64,000 nucleotides of DNA from Chrysomallon squamiferum. Lineage: Eukaryota > Animalia > Mollusca. Below the pieces are notes generated by a model that had not been told where the DNA came from, did no database searches, and saw nothing but the letters and a program-made list of their open reading frames with translations. The stretch is from NCBI GenBank assembly GCA_012295275.1, contig CM022677.1:11904001-11968000 (forward strand), written 5' to 3'. The position numbers and the translations under genes are program-made. Numbering within the stretch: position 1 is the stretch's first letter; each line of letters starts with the position of its first letter. Of the stretch, positions 22,688 to 35,734 are shown piece after piece.

Positions 22688-25350
22688 TGTTTATTGTTGG
22701 TTTTGTTTCTTTGTGGTATGCAGGCAGTGGCATTTCCCCTATTCCTGTTTCCCTTTCGATTTCGCTAGCTGTTGTCGGGAAATTCGATAGCAGTAGACTA
22801 TGCGATTTAAAGAGTTGTCCTATCCTTTGTTGGTCGAGAATCAGATCCTTGACCGGGTGGTCTGTGTTGAGTGTGTGTATTTTCAGGTTGTATTTTAGTA
22901 GCTGCAGTTTTCTTCTGTATTTTAATGATTTGATGCTGTATTCCGACAGGAGGCTGTCGGATGGTGTTATGTTTGGCAGGTGGCCGATCACCCTGAGGGC
23001 ACTTGATTGAATTGTGTCTAGTTTTTTAAAATAGAGTTTAGGAGCATTCGAGTAAGCCGTGGCTCCGTAGTCGAGCTTGGAGAGAATACACGCTTTGTGT
23101 ATCAAAATCAGCGTTGACTCGTTTGCTCCCCAACTGGTTCCGGAAATTACCTTTAGAAGATTGATTGTTTTTTTGCAGGATGCAATTATGATGTGTATGT
23201 GGCATCGGAAGTTGAAATTTGAATGCCTTTGTTTGTGTTATGACGTTGTTGTCGATGTTGAGTGTGATCTTGCTGTTGTCTGATTTCTTGTTGAACAGGA
23301 GGCATGTTGTTTTGGAAAGAGAAATCTTTTTGTCCCATTTCAACATCCAGTCGTTTGTGTTGTTTAAGTCTTTTTGTATTTGTTTCTGTATTGCTGCGGT
23401 CGATCTGCCTGCCCGCCAAAAGGCGCAGTCGTCTGCAAAGAGTGCTGTATTTATTGGTTCCTTTGGTGGATTTCTGGCGTTGTCTTGTTTGTCGAGTGCT
23501 GTGACGATGTCGTTGATGTAGATGTTGAAGAGTGTTGGCGAGATCATGGATCCTTGTGGGATGCCGTTTTCGATTGTCGTTTTCTCTGAGGTGTTACCGT
23601 TCACCTTGACTGCTATGGTTCTGTTGTTAATAAAGTCTTTGATAAAGTTGAACATGTTGCCTTTGATGTTGTTGTTGATTAATTTAACGAGCAGTCCTTC
23701 CCTCCATACCATGTCGAATGCTTTTTCAATGTCTAAAAAAACTGCTATGACTTTTTTTGATTTCCTAAAACATTGGTTGATTGATGTTTGCAGGCAGGTG
23801 ATCTGGTCGTTTGTGCTGTGTTTCTTCCTGAAGCCGCTTTGAAATTTGCTGATTAAATTGTTGTCGTTTACATGCTGGTTCAGGCGTGTGTTGATCATTG
23901 TTTCCAATGTTTTGCACATGTGTGACGTCAGCGTGATCAGTCTGTAGCTGTTGGGTAGTGGGTGATCTTTGTGTGGTTTGGGCAAGCTGAAACACTCGGC
24001 GTGTTTCCAGTTTGTTGGAATCTTGCCGGTGGTCCATATTGCGTTGTAAAGATCGAGTATGACGAGTAGTGTTTCGTCTGGTAGGTGTTGTAGTATTGTG
24101 TAGCTTATTTTATCTGGCCCCGTGGCTGTACTTTTCTTGTTTTTGAGTGCATGTTTTAATTCGCTGATGTTGAATAGCTGATTGTATTTCCTGTTTTCTG
24201 TGTCTGCGGAGTGTTCACCGATTGCTTGGTTGTCCAGTGGTTTCTTTGCGAATTTCAGTGGGAAGTTCGAATTGTTGCTGGACTTGGCGAAGGTTTGGCT
24301 GAGTAGGTCCGCTGTTTGCTTGTTGGTGAATGCGATGTTGTTTTTGCCGAGAGTGTTGATTCTGTTTGTTTTTTTGCCTTGAATGTTTTTTACTTTGTCC
24401 CACATGTCTTTGACTGATTTTCTGTGGTCGATGTTGTTTCAAAAACGTTCCCAGTGTTCTTGTTTCGCTGTGAGTATTAGATTAGAAACTTCTTTTTTTG
24501 ATATTTTACATTTTTCGTACGTAGAATGATTTATATCTTTTTTGTATTGTCTTCTGTATTTGTTTCTCTCTTTGCATTTCTTTTCTATGCGTTCTGTCCA
24601 CCAGGAAGTGGATATTTTCTGGTTCAATGGTGATGGTTGTGTTCGTTAATTGGCTGTTAAAAGTCAGTGTGGTCCAGTAATTTGGCTTTTTTCACATTTC
24701 CACACCGACTAGTGTTGAATTTGTTTGTTGTACTAGTTCTTTGTTGAACATTTCAAAGAAATCTAGTTTGTTTGAATAGGGGTAATAAAAACCCAAATCT
24801 TTTGAAATGTATTTATATATTGTTTTATCTTTTGCTTTCGTTGTTTGTTTAGGTTGATGTTGTTGTTGTTTCGTAATTGGTAGTTGTTTTGGCTGCTGTT
24901 GTGTGAGCAGTGTTTTTCTGGGTTGTGGTGTGGGTGTTTTTTTCTGTGTCTGTTTTGTGTCAGAGATTATTTTTGGTAAAACCCTGACAACAAATGTTTC
25001 GTCCCAGATGGTAATGTTGGGACCCATTGTTTTAAGTGTTTTTGTATCTACTTCGAAGTAGATTTCTTTTCCGTTTTGATTATTGTTGACTTTTGTTGTT
25101 TTATCAATAATGTGTATTTGCGCTTCTAGTAAGTAGCGCAACTTTTTGTCGATGTTTGAGTGGTTTTTTATGTGTATTGCAATGGTGGTTCGGGTGTGGG
25201 TATGTTTTTTTTTTTTTTCTTTTAATTATTTTCCAAGCGTTTTATTCGCTTTCGTCTTCCCTGTCTGTTTCCCGTAGCCTTGCCAAAATGTGTAGATTTC
25301 TGTTGATAATTTTTGGTTCTTCTGAACGGTGGAGAGTCTGTTGTGAGATA
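22346..25350 (-). mobile_element. LINE-A: decayed I-group (I/Nimb-like) non-LTR retrotransposon with RT and RNase H; endonuclease deleted
   Basis: ORF1-like piece at 24692-25141, then SWWTE, YRLITLTSH, FLDIEKAFD, GIPQGSMISPTLFNIYINDI, LFADD, YTDGSK, AELVAI and IFSDS. Frameshifted. Confidence 0.9.
23038..24405 (-). pseudogene. Reverse transcriptase domain of LINE-A (longest open piece)
   Basis: 455-aa ORF with the canonical non-LTR RT motifs; the last ~50 aa are out of frame. Confidence 0.9.
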
Positions 25351-25353
25351 TTC

Positions 25354-25935
25354 GATCTCGTTCAAAACGCGTGCCGCTACTTATACACCAATAGCTACAG
25401 CTCTGCAGACAGCCTTTCTGAATTTACTTTGAAGCTTTCAATACCAATTTTCAGTTACTTAAACCCCAGTGTTTCTTAGTTTATTAAATAACGGAACTTC
25501 CCTTAATTATATAAAACACCTTCTTAATAGCCCATGTACATCTGCATACGGTCTGCTATTTAGTTTTTGTGTATTTAGCCCTATTTTCTGTCATTAATTA
25601 CGTAAAGAGTTAAGGACAGTAAGAATATAAATTATAAAGATGATTATACAAGATAACTAAATAAATATTATCGTAATATAATAAGATATTTAAGATAAAA
25701 TGTAGCAGACATTCTGCTTTAATGGGCATATAAAAATAAAGATTTACTGAATATTCTATAATTCACTACAAAGAAAACAAAATTACAATTAAAAACAAGT
25801 CTGGCAAAGAGGCACTAATGAGGTTGTCACACCGTACCAAGCTGATTAGAAGGGGAAAGTTTTTTTATTTTAGTTTTTTTTTTAAATATGGCTGCATAGA
25901 AAATACTATCTTTACTGATGAAATACGACACAAAA
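25354..25935 (+). repeat. ~580 bp direct duplication (copy at ~34989-35565)
   Basis: Both copies start GATCTCGTTCAAAAC and end near GATGAAATACGACAC. Confidence 0.92.
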
Positions 25936-27300
25936 TGAAAACTGGTTTGCTTTATGACTGCAGATGAATGAAACTGGCTGATGGTATAAATCGGGTAATT
26001 TTACAATGCGTATTAATTAGGGTATGTTTAAATACTGCTGTTCAGAAATGTGTTATGATGGTTCACTGTGGAGTGTTATAAAGAGATAACTGTCACGTGG
26101 TCACACCTTTAAACATCTTGGATGTTTTATTAAGGCTCAGTGTACGGTAACAAGGTGCTTTAATGGCCATCTAACAAGGAATATAAACGCTAAAATGACA
26201 GCAAACTATATAAATCAGTAAGTCTACCTATCCACTATGCAAGTTAACGTTTACATTAATTATTTAATTATGATATACAGGTGACTTGATAATAATACAT
26301 TACAAAAGATACGTTTAAATCATTTTGATTAATGATACGAGTGAAGTTATAAAGGGAACCAAGACAAAATAAGAACCTGCAAGGAGGACAGGTTAAAACC
26401 TTAAATATATCGTCTGCTGGGAAAGAAATAATTGTATGACTCTACTTTACAAGAGTATTTATAAATAATGTCAGTTTTGGGATAAAATATATAGAAACAT
26501 TTCTATATAATATATTATCAATAGGATTGCAAATAAATATATAATTTTAATGTACTGTACATTTCGAAAACGGCATATTGTGGGTCCTCAGTCTTTTGTG
26601 AGGCGTTGCATTAATCGAAAACAGAAAGTGGTGTATCAATAACTATATTTTTATAGGATAATGTTTTCTTGCTGTGAGTATTATTCGTCTGTGCTAATTT
26701 AAAAAAGAATAACACTATGAAAACTTCAACAGTAATAGATTTAGCCATCTTCAATCATTCAAGATGTATGTTACATATACAAACCATTAAAACATAATTA
26801 CCATTGTCTGCGTTTTCCTTTGTCTTGTGCAGACAAAGACTCTCAAGAATGGCACTGATCAAAGAATGGAATAGAAACTCTTTTTACGTCCAATTTAAGG
26901 TTCACGGATCCTATCACGGATCCGGTCTCTGATATCGCCAGGGATGGGTTGCGGGACATTAGAGGTGAAGGGGACGGTGAAGGTGCATTTGAAGTGGGCA
27001 ATTTGGAATAAACCTTTCAGTGGTTTTTAGTTAATAAGATCCCAAAGGGTGCAGTAGAGCTACATATATACACACCCTCACACATACATACATATACACA
27101 TATATAGATATATATACCTATATACATACATACACATACACATACATACACATACACATACACATATATATATATGAGGCATTGTTTGAGGGGTTTTATT
27201 TATTTTTATTTATTTATTTACTTAGTTTTTACTATTATATAACGAGAGAGAGGGGAAAGAAGGAGAAAAAAATACTCGTAGTGTCATCGTGTCGGGCACG

Positions 27301-27645
27301 TTTTTGTTGTTGTTAGCGTCGCGTTGTTGTATGTTTTTGTTGTTGTTAGCGTCGCGTTGTTGTATGTTTTTGTTGTTGTTAGCGTCGCGTTGTTGTATGT
27401 TTTTGTTGTTGTTAGCGTCGCGTTGTTGTATGTTTTTGTTGTTGCTAGCGTCGCGTTGTTATATGTTTTTGTTGTTGTTAGCGTCGCGTTGTTGTATGTT
27501 TTTGTTGTTGCTAGCGTCGCGTTGTTGTATGTTTTTGTTGTTGTTAGCGTCGCGTTGTTGTATGTTTTTGTTGTTGTTAGCGTCGCGTTGTTGTATCTTT
27601 TTGGAGTTGTTAGCGTCGCGTTGTTGTATGTTTTTGGAGTTGTTT
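27301..27645. repeat. 33-bp minisatellite, ~10 copies, downstream of LINE-B ORF2
   Basis: Unit TTTTTGTTGTTGTTAGCGTCGCGTTGTTGTATG. Confidence 0.95.
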
Positions 27646-27742
27646 GGCCGCAAATCTGTCGAAAGAGAGGTTACCAGTTCGTTCTGGGGTTAGATAGGGA
27701 TATGTTTATTTTATGTAGTATTTTATGAAATTGTCTCTGTGT

Positions 27743-30700
27743 TTATATTTTGATTTTTGTTGTTTCCACGTATCGCATTATGAGGTTGTCTACTTGTTTT
27801 TTTAAGTGTTTGGGAGGGTTGAAAATGTCAACTGGTGTAAATCTGACTTTGATGTTTGTTAAAGCTGTGTTTAGTTTGCGTCTGTCCTTGTCGTACTTCG
27901 TGCAATAGAACAGATAGTGTCTGACGTTGTCCAGTTTATGGCATGTGCCGCACTTGTTACTCACAGTGTTGTCGAGTCTGTGTCTGCTGTCGTTTAGTCC
28001 GAAGGTCACTCCCACTCTGAGACGGGTTAAAGTTTGAGTTGTTTTGTTGTTGTCTGAGAGTGGGCTGGGCGAGTTTACTTTCGGTTTAATTATGTAATGC
28101 CATAGTCTAGTTTTGTTGTCCCAGTCTTGTTGCCACGATTCTATTTGCTTATTGTGCGCTATGGTCATGATTTCGTTAACGTTGCATTTAGAGTCAAAGT
28201 CGATCGTGTCGTCTTCTAGCGAGTGTTTTGCGTTTTTGTCTGCCAGCTCGTTTCCAGTAACACCCACGTGAGCGGGTACCCACTCGAAGGTGACCTTGTG
28301 TCCTCTGTAGTTGATACAGTTTGTGAGTTCGATAATCTCTGTAATGTACTGGGAGCTGCTGAATTTGAGTTTGTGCAGAGCTTGCAATGAGCTGAGGGAG
28401 TCAGTCAGTATGAGGTATTTCTTTTTCGTGTTTGTGACATACGTTTGAGTTAGGATATCTATTAGTTCCGTAGTAAAGACGGATAGGTTGTTGGTCAGTC
28501 TACCTCTATAGTTGAAAGGTAGGTCGGGTAATTCCGGCCTGACTTGAAAGGCGATGCCTGTTCTTCCCGTGAGAGGGTCTTTGGAGCCGTCTGTATAGAC
28601 CTGTATGAAGTCCGAGTAGTGGTCGCTTAATGCTGCTCTAAAAATTACGTTTTTAAATGGGTCGTGTTCCGTCTTCGATACTTCCTGTCTAAGCGTTAGA
28701 GGTATGTCTAGTTGTTTTATTGTCCATGGGGGTTCTAAGGGTGGAGGGTTGTTTTCGAGTTCTAGGTCCAGTAGGTTTAGTCTGTTTGCTGTCCTGTGTG
28801 TGATGTTAAGTGATGCTTCTCTGTCGTTGATGTAGGGTAGGTTGTTTGGGATTATTGTGTTTATGGGATGGGTGGGGATTAGATTTTTGATTTTGAACCA
28901 GTGTTTGAGACTCTGTGTGCTGCTTCGGGTTCGCAGCGGTAGCATGTTCAGTTCCACAAACAGACTGTCCGTCGGTGAGCCTGGGAAGACCCTGGCAACA
29001 ATTCTTAGTGCCTTGTTGTATACCGTGTCTAGTCGGTTTAGTTGGTATTCAGACACACGCTGAACGCCTGGGACCCATACTGTAGTCTTGACACTACTAG
29101 TGCTTCGAACACCATCAAGAGAGATTTTCTGTCAGCTCCCCATTTGGCGTTCGAAAGCACTTTCAGTAAATTCATGTATTTTGTGCATGTGTTGAGTGTG
29201 TTGGTGATGTGTTGTTTGAAGGTAAGGCACCTGTCGAAGGTGACTCCCACGAATTTGACTGCGTTTACTTGTGGGATATTTGTGTTGTTGTAATGCAGGT
29301 CTATTTATTGTGTTTATTGTTAGTATTTCTCCCAAAGGTTATGGTGACAGTCTTGGATTGGGAGATAGTGACTCCCCAGGTTTCCGCCCATTTTTGTAAG
29401 TTATTTAAGTCTTTTTGCATATCTGTTTCGATTTGTTTAAGACAGTTTCCAGCACGCCAAAAGGCTGTGTCATCCGCAAATAGTCCTATACTAAGCTTAG
29501 TTGCAGTTTTCGAGTTAGTGGCTAGAGTATGTGCTAGGTCATTAATAAAAATGCTAAAAAGAGTAGGGGCGATAACTGAACCCTGGGGGATCCCATTCTC
29601 CAAATCCAAGCTTTCTGAGAAGTTTTCGTCTACATTGACCGCAAAGGATCTGTTTTTCAAGAATGCTTCTATAAAGCCGAACATAGGGCCTCTTATGCCC
29701 ATGTTGTAGACTTTGATTAGAAGACCATGTCTCCAGACCATATCATTGGCTTTTTCTATGTCAACAAACACTCCTACCACTTTTTGTCCAGTAAACAAAG
29801 ATTCGGAGATTTCAGATTGTAATCTGGTTATGTGGTCGCTTGTGGAGTGGTTCTTTCTGAAGCCACTTTGAAAGGTCGAAATTAGTTTTTTTTTCCAGAA
29901 GGTGTGTTAAGCGTGTGTTGACCATAGCCTCCATGGTTTTGCAGACACAGGACGTTAGTGAGATAGGACGATAATTGGAGGGGTTGGAAAGGTCCTTGCC
30001 CTGTTTTGGAAGGCTGAAGACTTCAGCATGCTTCCATTTGAGGGGAAGGTATCCTTCCTTCCAGATAGTGTTATAGAGTTCCAGAAATAGATTTAGCATG
30101 TCTGTGGGCATGTTTTGAAATAAAAGGTAGGAGAATTTGTCTGGCCCGGGGGCTGTTCCTTTACGGTCGGAGAAAGCCGCTGTCATTTCTTGGAGTGTGA
30201 AGGGAATATTGTATTTCGTTCCTGAGGTTTGTGAGTCAGGTGGGATTTTGTTGACTGTTTCTAATTTATTTTTAATTTTTCGAAATTTGGGGGGAAAGTT
30301 GTTTGTACTCGAGTTGTTTTTAAAGACATCTCCCAGAGCAGCGGCCTTCTCTTTGTTTGTATGGAAGTTTTTGTTACGGACTAGTAGTGAGTTCTTGTTA
30401 ATTGGTTTCCCTTGTATACGTTTAATTTTGGCCCAAATTTCCTTACTAGACGTGTTTTTGTTGATAGAGGTGCAGAAGGTTTTCCTCGATTCTTTTTTAG
30501 CATTTAGCACGGCTTGTGAGACTTTGTTTTTACTAATTTTGAGGTTTGCGAGGTTGGTTGCTGAGTTATTTGTTTTTTGGTATGTTTCGCGATGTTTGTT
30601 GTGTGCCTTTCTAAGGAGTTTTAGTTCTTCACTCCACCAAGGGACTGAATTATTTTAGTATTTACAATTAGAATTTGGAATAGTTTTATTGGCAATGCTA

Positions 30701-31587
30701 ATCATTCTGTCAGTTTAATTTTGGTTAAAAGTGTCAATATTATTGCTTCGAATGAGTTTGGGATCTGTTTCCAGACATTGTTTTTTAAATTCAGTCCAGT
30801 TGGCTTTCGTGAAGTTCCATTTGTGTTTGTTTATTGGTACGTCTTTCCGGTTATTTTCAGTGTTGTATGAGATTAGTATTGGTAGGTGATCGCTATTGAG
30901 ATTGTTAAGGACTGTCCATTCACATTTAGAGGCTATTTTTTCAGACACTGTTGAGATATCAAGACATGACCAGCTGTTGTATATGTCTGATAGGAAGGTT
31001 GGCGTGCCATCGTTCAGACATACGTGTTTGTTAAGATCCATACATTTTTCGATGATGGTTCCCTCTTTGCATGTTCTAGAGGATCCCCATAGGTGGTTTC
31101 TGCTGTTGAAGTCCCCGAGTATGATGGAGTTGTCGATATATTTAGAGGGAATATTTTTAGTGTAGTTTTCTAGTGTTCTAGTGTAGTGATTTTTGCCTGG
31201 GTGAGTGTAGTAGTTGAAAACGTTAATGTCTTCAGCCTGGCTGTTATCCCAAGTGTCTCTATGTTGAGGTGGTGATTGGTTAGTGGGATACGTGAGTAGG
31301 ATAGTTCATTTCTGACATAAGTTGCTACTCCTCCTCTCGTGGTGCAGTTAGTGTTGTGAAAGAAACCATAGAAATCTGGAATGTTAAAGTTTTGGAAGAG
31401 TTGATTCTTCCGTGTTTGTGTGTTGGTGATCCAGGTTTCTTGTATGCATATATGCGTTGATTGTGTATTGTTTGAGTTCGTCGCCATGACCTTTTGATTT
31501 GAGGCCTTTGTCATTCCATTGTAGGATGTTGAGGCCTTTAGATGGTTTAGGTTTGTTGTTTCTGTGTATGTGTTGTTTGTCTCCCAT
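27743..31587 (-). pseudogene. LINE-B ORF2 (pol), frameshifted
   Basis: APE: LNILQWN, CIQETW, GDFN, SDHLPI. RT: YRPISLTS, GIPQGSVIAPTLFSIFINDL, LFADD. RNase H: YTDGSK, LTDSLSSL, WVPAHVGVTGNELAD. CCHC: CGTC...HYLFYC. Confidence 0.93.
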
Positions 31588-33591
31588 GTGTGGTGTGACG
31601 GAGTTTGGTAGTGTTGGAGATTAGTTCTGTTGTGTGTATTTTGATTACATTTATTTTACTTGTTTGGTGTTCTCGGTGTTGATGTTGTTTTGGTAGTAAT
31701 TCATTAAGCACAGTGTCAAGTTCCAGCGGTAGTCCCAGGCGTTTTTGGAGGGTATGACATGCTGCCACAGTGGCTTTCTTTATGTCTGCATCCGATCTGT
31801 TATTGGCGTTGGGGTTGGGGTATCGCAGCGATCCCTCTATTAATAGGCCAGTGACAACTCTGAGTAGCTGGAGGGCTGTCACTGGGCTGTCTTTGTTGTT
31901 TAGTGCGCCTAGTCGTGTTTGTGTTGTGTTTGTCCTGGGGGCTGGTGTGTATGAGTGTGTGGCTGACGAGTGAGGGGCGCTAGCTGTGTGTGTGTTTTTG
32001 GCCTCCATGTGTTTCAGTGCGTTGTTGTAGGCCGCACATAGGTGGCTGTGTGTGTGGTGTCGGCCGTTGCAGTTTGAGCATTGGATGGGTTGACGGCTCG
32101 GGTTGTCTGGCGTTTTCTTGGGGTGTCTGCCCCCAGACCTGAAACACGTTGGGTGTCCCCTCAACGACCTGCATCTTTTGGCGTTGTGTCCCCTTCGTTG
32201 ACACTGGGCGCATTTGATAGGTTGTGCCTCAAATATCAGCAGTTTCAGTTGTTGCTGTTTGAAAAGGATGTGGTCTACTTTTGTTGTGACAGACAGAGGC
32301 ACATCCCAGTAGCCGTTGCTCCAGATGGTGATGGTCTGAATCGTCACATCTGGGTTTTCTTCTTTTATTATTTTTAGGATTTGTGTGGTTGTTTCTTTAA
32401 TTGTTGTCATTTTCACCAGTCTTCTTAGGGTGTGGTCTGTTGCGGTGGTGGTTGCTGTTGGTGTCGCGTGTACTCTTTGTGTTGTGTATTGAGTGTATTC
32501 TTGTGGGGTGTTGTTTTGTTGTTGTGGAATGGATTTTGCCCGTCCAGTTGGTGGTAGGCTCGAGTAAAAGAACTCTCGAGGCCAGATTCTTCCTGGTGTG
32601 AGAGTGAGATGCGGAAACTCCTCTGTGTTGTTTCATAGTTTGGGTGGGGGCGTTGGGGGTTTTGTTTTGTGGGGTTATTATGGCGATGTTTGTATTTTTG
32701 TTTCGGTGTTGTCGGATTTGTGTTGGTTACTACTGTTAAAAAGTCGTTTTTGATTGGTGTTTGTTTGTTTGTTTCTGTATGGTTTCTGTTTCTTTTTTTT
32801 TGTTGTTTGGGGTTTACCTGGGTTACGGGTTCTGCAGTGAAGGTGTAGTCCGCCCCAGGTGCCGTACGCCACCGTTTTGTCCATTTGTTTATGGATGGCT
32901 TGACTACTTTTTTGGTCTTGCGAGTAACCAGGTTCGATGGGGGTATAGGGGTATAGGGTTTTTACGTGGGTGGGTTCCCTCCTCTCTCGAGGTTCCTCTG
33001 TACACCTCTCGAGTGTGACACACATCTTTTGACACTCTCTGGGGTTGGGCATCAGTTCCATGCTCGTACCCAGTTTGATGAGTGAGCTGTCCGACTCGGC
33101 CCTGACGAAGGTGATCTCATCAGACAGCCGGGTGTGGAATACTGTGTCGTCCAACAGTCGCGAGACGGACTGTTGGAAGAAGATGGCTTCGTACAGAGTC
33201 GGGTTTTTTTTGTTAACCAATACCCGCCTCAGCCCGGGGATAGGTGACTTAGCGGGTCTAGGGGGACTGGCGGACAGTTTGAGGGATTTGTGAGAGCCCT
33301 GTTGGGGGACAGCGATGTTAAGCATGTCCAGGGTAGAAAATCTGTTTGCTGTGCTGACTGGTAGCTGTTCTGCGGGAGATGGGACAGTTCTGGGGGAGAT
33401 GGGCAGGGAGAGCCGTCAGGTGTCGTCTGTACCAGTCCCACGTAGATGACGTCGTTTAATGAGCCGTCAGATGTGTTTCCGTTGTCGATGTCGTCTGGGA
33501 AGCCGAGAGAGCAGAAGTCTGGTAGTTCCCTTTCTGTTTCGCATAGTTTTTTGGGGGAGCCTCGTTCTGCATGTCTATTGATATTACCCAC
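31547..33591 (-). pseudogene. LINE-B ORF1 (gag-like, zinc knuckles), fragmented; start uncertain
   Basis: CAQCQRRGHNAKRC, CFRSGGRH and CSNCNGRHHTHSHLC in the ORF at 31547-32416, which overlaps the ORF2 start. Upstream S/P-rich ORF pieces are on the same strand. Confidence 0.75.
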
Positions 33592-33632
33592 TTTTCTGTA
33601 TTAGATGTGCCGACGTGTTTGGTTGTCTCGGC

Positions 33633-33967
33633 AATTTTATAGTTAGTTTAATATAAGTTAGATTGCTTGTTTTTATTTTTAATATAATTATGAGATTACT
33701 TATTTACTACAGTTAAAATGTTATAGTTAGTTTAATATAAGTTAGATTGCTTGTTTTTAATTTTTAATATAATTAGGAGATTACTTATTTACTACAGTTA
33801 AAATTTTATAATTAGTTTAATATAAGTTAGATTGCTTGTTCTTATTTTTAGGAGAGTACTTATTTACCACAGTTAAAATTTTATAATTAGTTTAATATAA
33901 ATTAAATCGCTTGTTTTTATTTTTAATATAATTAGGAAATTACTTATGTAATATACAGTTAAAATTT
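33633..33967. repeat. ~84-bp tandem repeat, 4 copies
   Basis: TTATA(G/A)TTAGTTTAATATAA recurs at 33637, 33721, 33806 and 33881. Confidence 0.9.
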
Positions 33968-34130
33968 CAACAAAAATATATATATATATTATATACAATT
34001 ACAAATTATTTAAGTATCGTATTCCTTTTGTATCTGACACTATCGAAAGAGAGCAATAAAAAACGTTATTTATTTAGATTTATTTTTGACAGTAACAATC
34101 GGAAAACGTTAAAACATTTAGGTAATGATC

Positions 34131-34161
<31 letters not shown>

Positions 34162-35734
34162 TAATGCAGAGTTGGTGTATTAACAAAGACACTGGGGGAG
34201 AGGGTTTGAGGTTGAAAAATAGAGAGGTAACAAGAGGGAGTTTAAAATTTCGTGCTGGGAAAGTGACTTATGTCGTGCTGGGAGGAGGATAGCATTCCGT
34301 TTCTTACCAAATTTGATGTCGGTTGTTGTTCAGTGTTCGAAACTGAAAATGTAATCCTAAGTGCGAAGAACGCAAAAGGTAAACAGCTAATCCTCCGTAT
34401 TAAAAAGTGTTCAAACTTGGTGCAGGCGAAGAGCTCAAAGGCGATTGGCCGCTGTCCGATTCCGTCGTCTGGTTGCTGTTGCGAGTGTGGATTCTTATTG
34501 GCTGCAGTGTTTCTCCAGGATGATTGGTCGGTTCTCGATTCCGTCGACAGGTGGCTGTTAAGCGATCGTTTGGAATGTGTCCGCAGAGCTCTCGAAGGCG
34601 ATTGGTTGATTGTTGCTTCGTTGTTCGCCAGTGGTATATCAGTAAAGATCTATTAGACGATTGGTTGGTTTTCGATTCCGTCGATCGCGTTTACAAGGTA
34701 CAAAAATAACTGATCAAGTAATCCCAAATACGGAAGTACGAGTACAAAAAAGTAAGCAAGTATTCCTGATAACTGCACAATAGAATGAAACTACAAGCCC
34801 TCGCAATCCCAGTCAAAACAAGTGAACAAGTGAAACGAGAATGATCCGAGAATGAAACGAGAGTAATCAAAATGCGTGCCGTCTCTAACGAAAAATGACG
34901 TTCGATTACGAAAACGTTGAATTACGGAAACGTTGAATTACGGAAACCTAATTACGGAAAACCTACTGAAACGTTGACTGATCAAAGAGATCTCGTTCAA
35001 AACCCGTGCGACTACTTATACACCCATAGTTACACCTCTGCAGATAGCCTTTCTGAATTTACTTTGAAGCTTTTAATACCAATTTTGAGTTTCTTAAACC
35101 CCACTGTTTCTTAGTTTATTAAATAACGGAACTTCCCATAATTATATAAAACAGCTTCTTAATAGCCCATGTACATCTGCTTAGGCTATATTTAGTTTTT
35201 CTGTATACACCACCATTTTCTGTCATTAATTAGGCAAACAGTTATCGACTGTAAAAATATAAATTATAAACTGATTATACAAGATAGCTAAATAAATATT
35301 ATCGTAATATAATAAGATATTTAAGATAAAATGTAGCAGACATTCTGCTTTAATGGGCATATAAAAATAAAGATTTAGTGAATATTCTATAATTCACTAC
35401 AAAGAAAACAAAATTACAATTAAAAACAAGTCTGGCAAAGAGGCACTAATGAGGTTGTCACACCGTACCAAGCTCAATAGCAGTGAAAGTTTTTTTTATT
35501 TTAGTTGTTTTTTAAATATAGCTACATAGAAAATACAAACTTTACTGATGAAATACGACACGAAATAATAGTTAATTTTTTGTTTTTTGTTCTTTTATGT
35601 ATTTGTTTGTCATTGTCATCATCACCAGCAGCATCATTATTACCATTATTTTCTTGTTATTTTTATGGGCAAAGGGCGTGTACATGAAACGTTAATGAAG
35701 CTGTAATAACATGTTGTAGATAACGCTGTATCCG

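Larger units (their letters stand above)
26881..34990 (-). mobile_element. LINE-B: near full-length decayed I-group LINE (ORF1 gag-like; ORF2 APE-RT-RNase H-CCHC); UTR limits uncertain
   Basis: Complete domain order on the minus strand, a candidate 3' stem-loop with A-run at ~26881-26925, and a long repeat-rich upstream region. Confidence 0.85.

Noticed and set aside
25940-26180. Cys-rich VWC-like exon remnants (also ~8600 and ~37500)
   Set aside because: Only isolated motifs among stops; too weak to call without an HMM search.
27289-27728. Repetitive ORFs (LLLASRCCMF)n and (NIQQRDANNNK)n
   Set aside because: By-product of a 33-bp unit that is open in several frames; no other coding evidence.
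26860-34795. TSD for LINE-B (AATAGAAACTC vs AATAGAATGAAACTAC)
   Set aside because: Short, gapped and AT-rich; compatible with chance.
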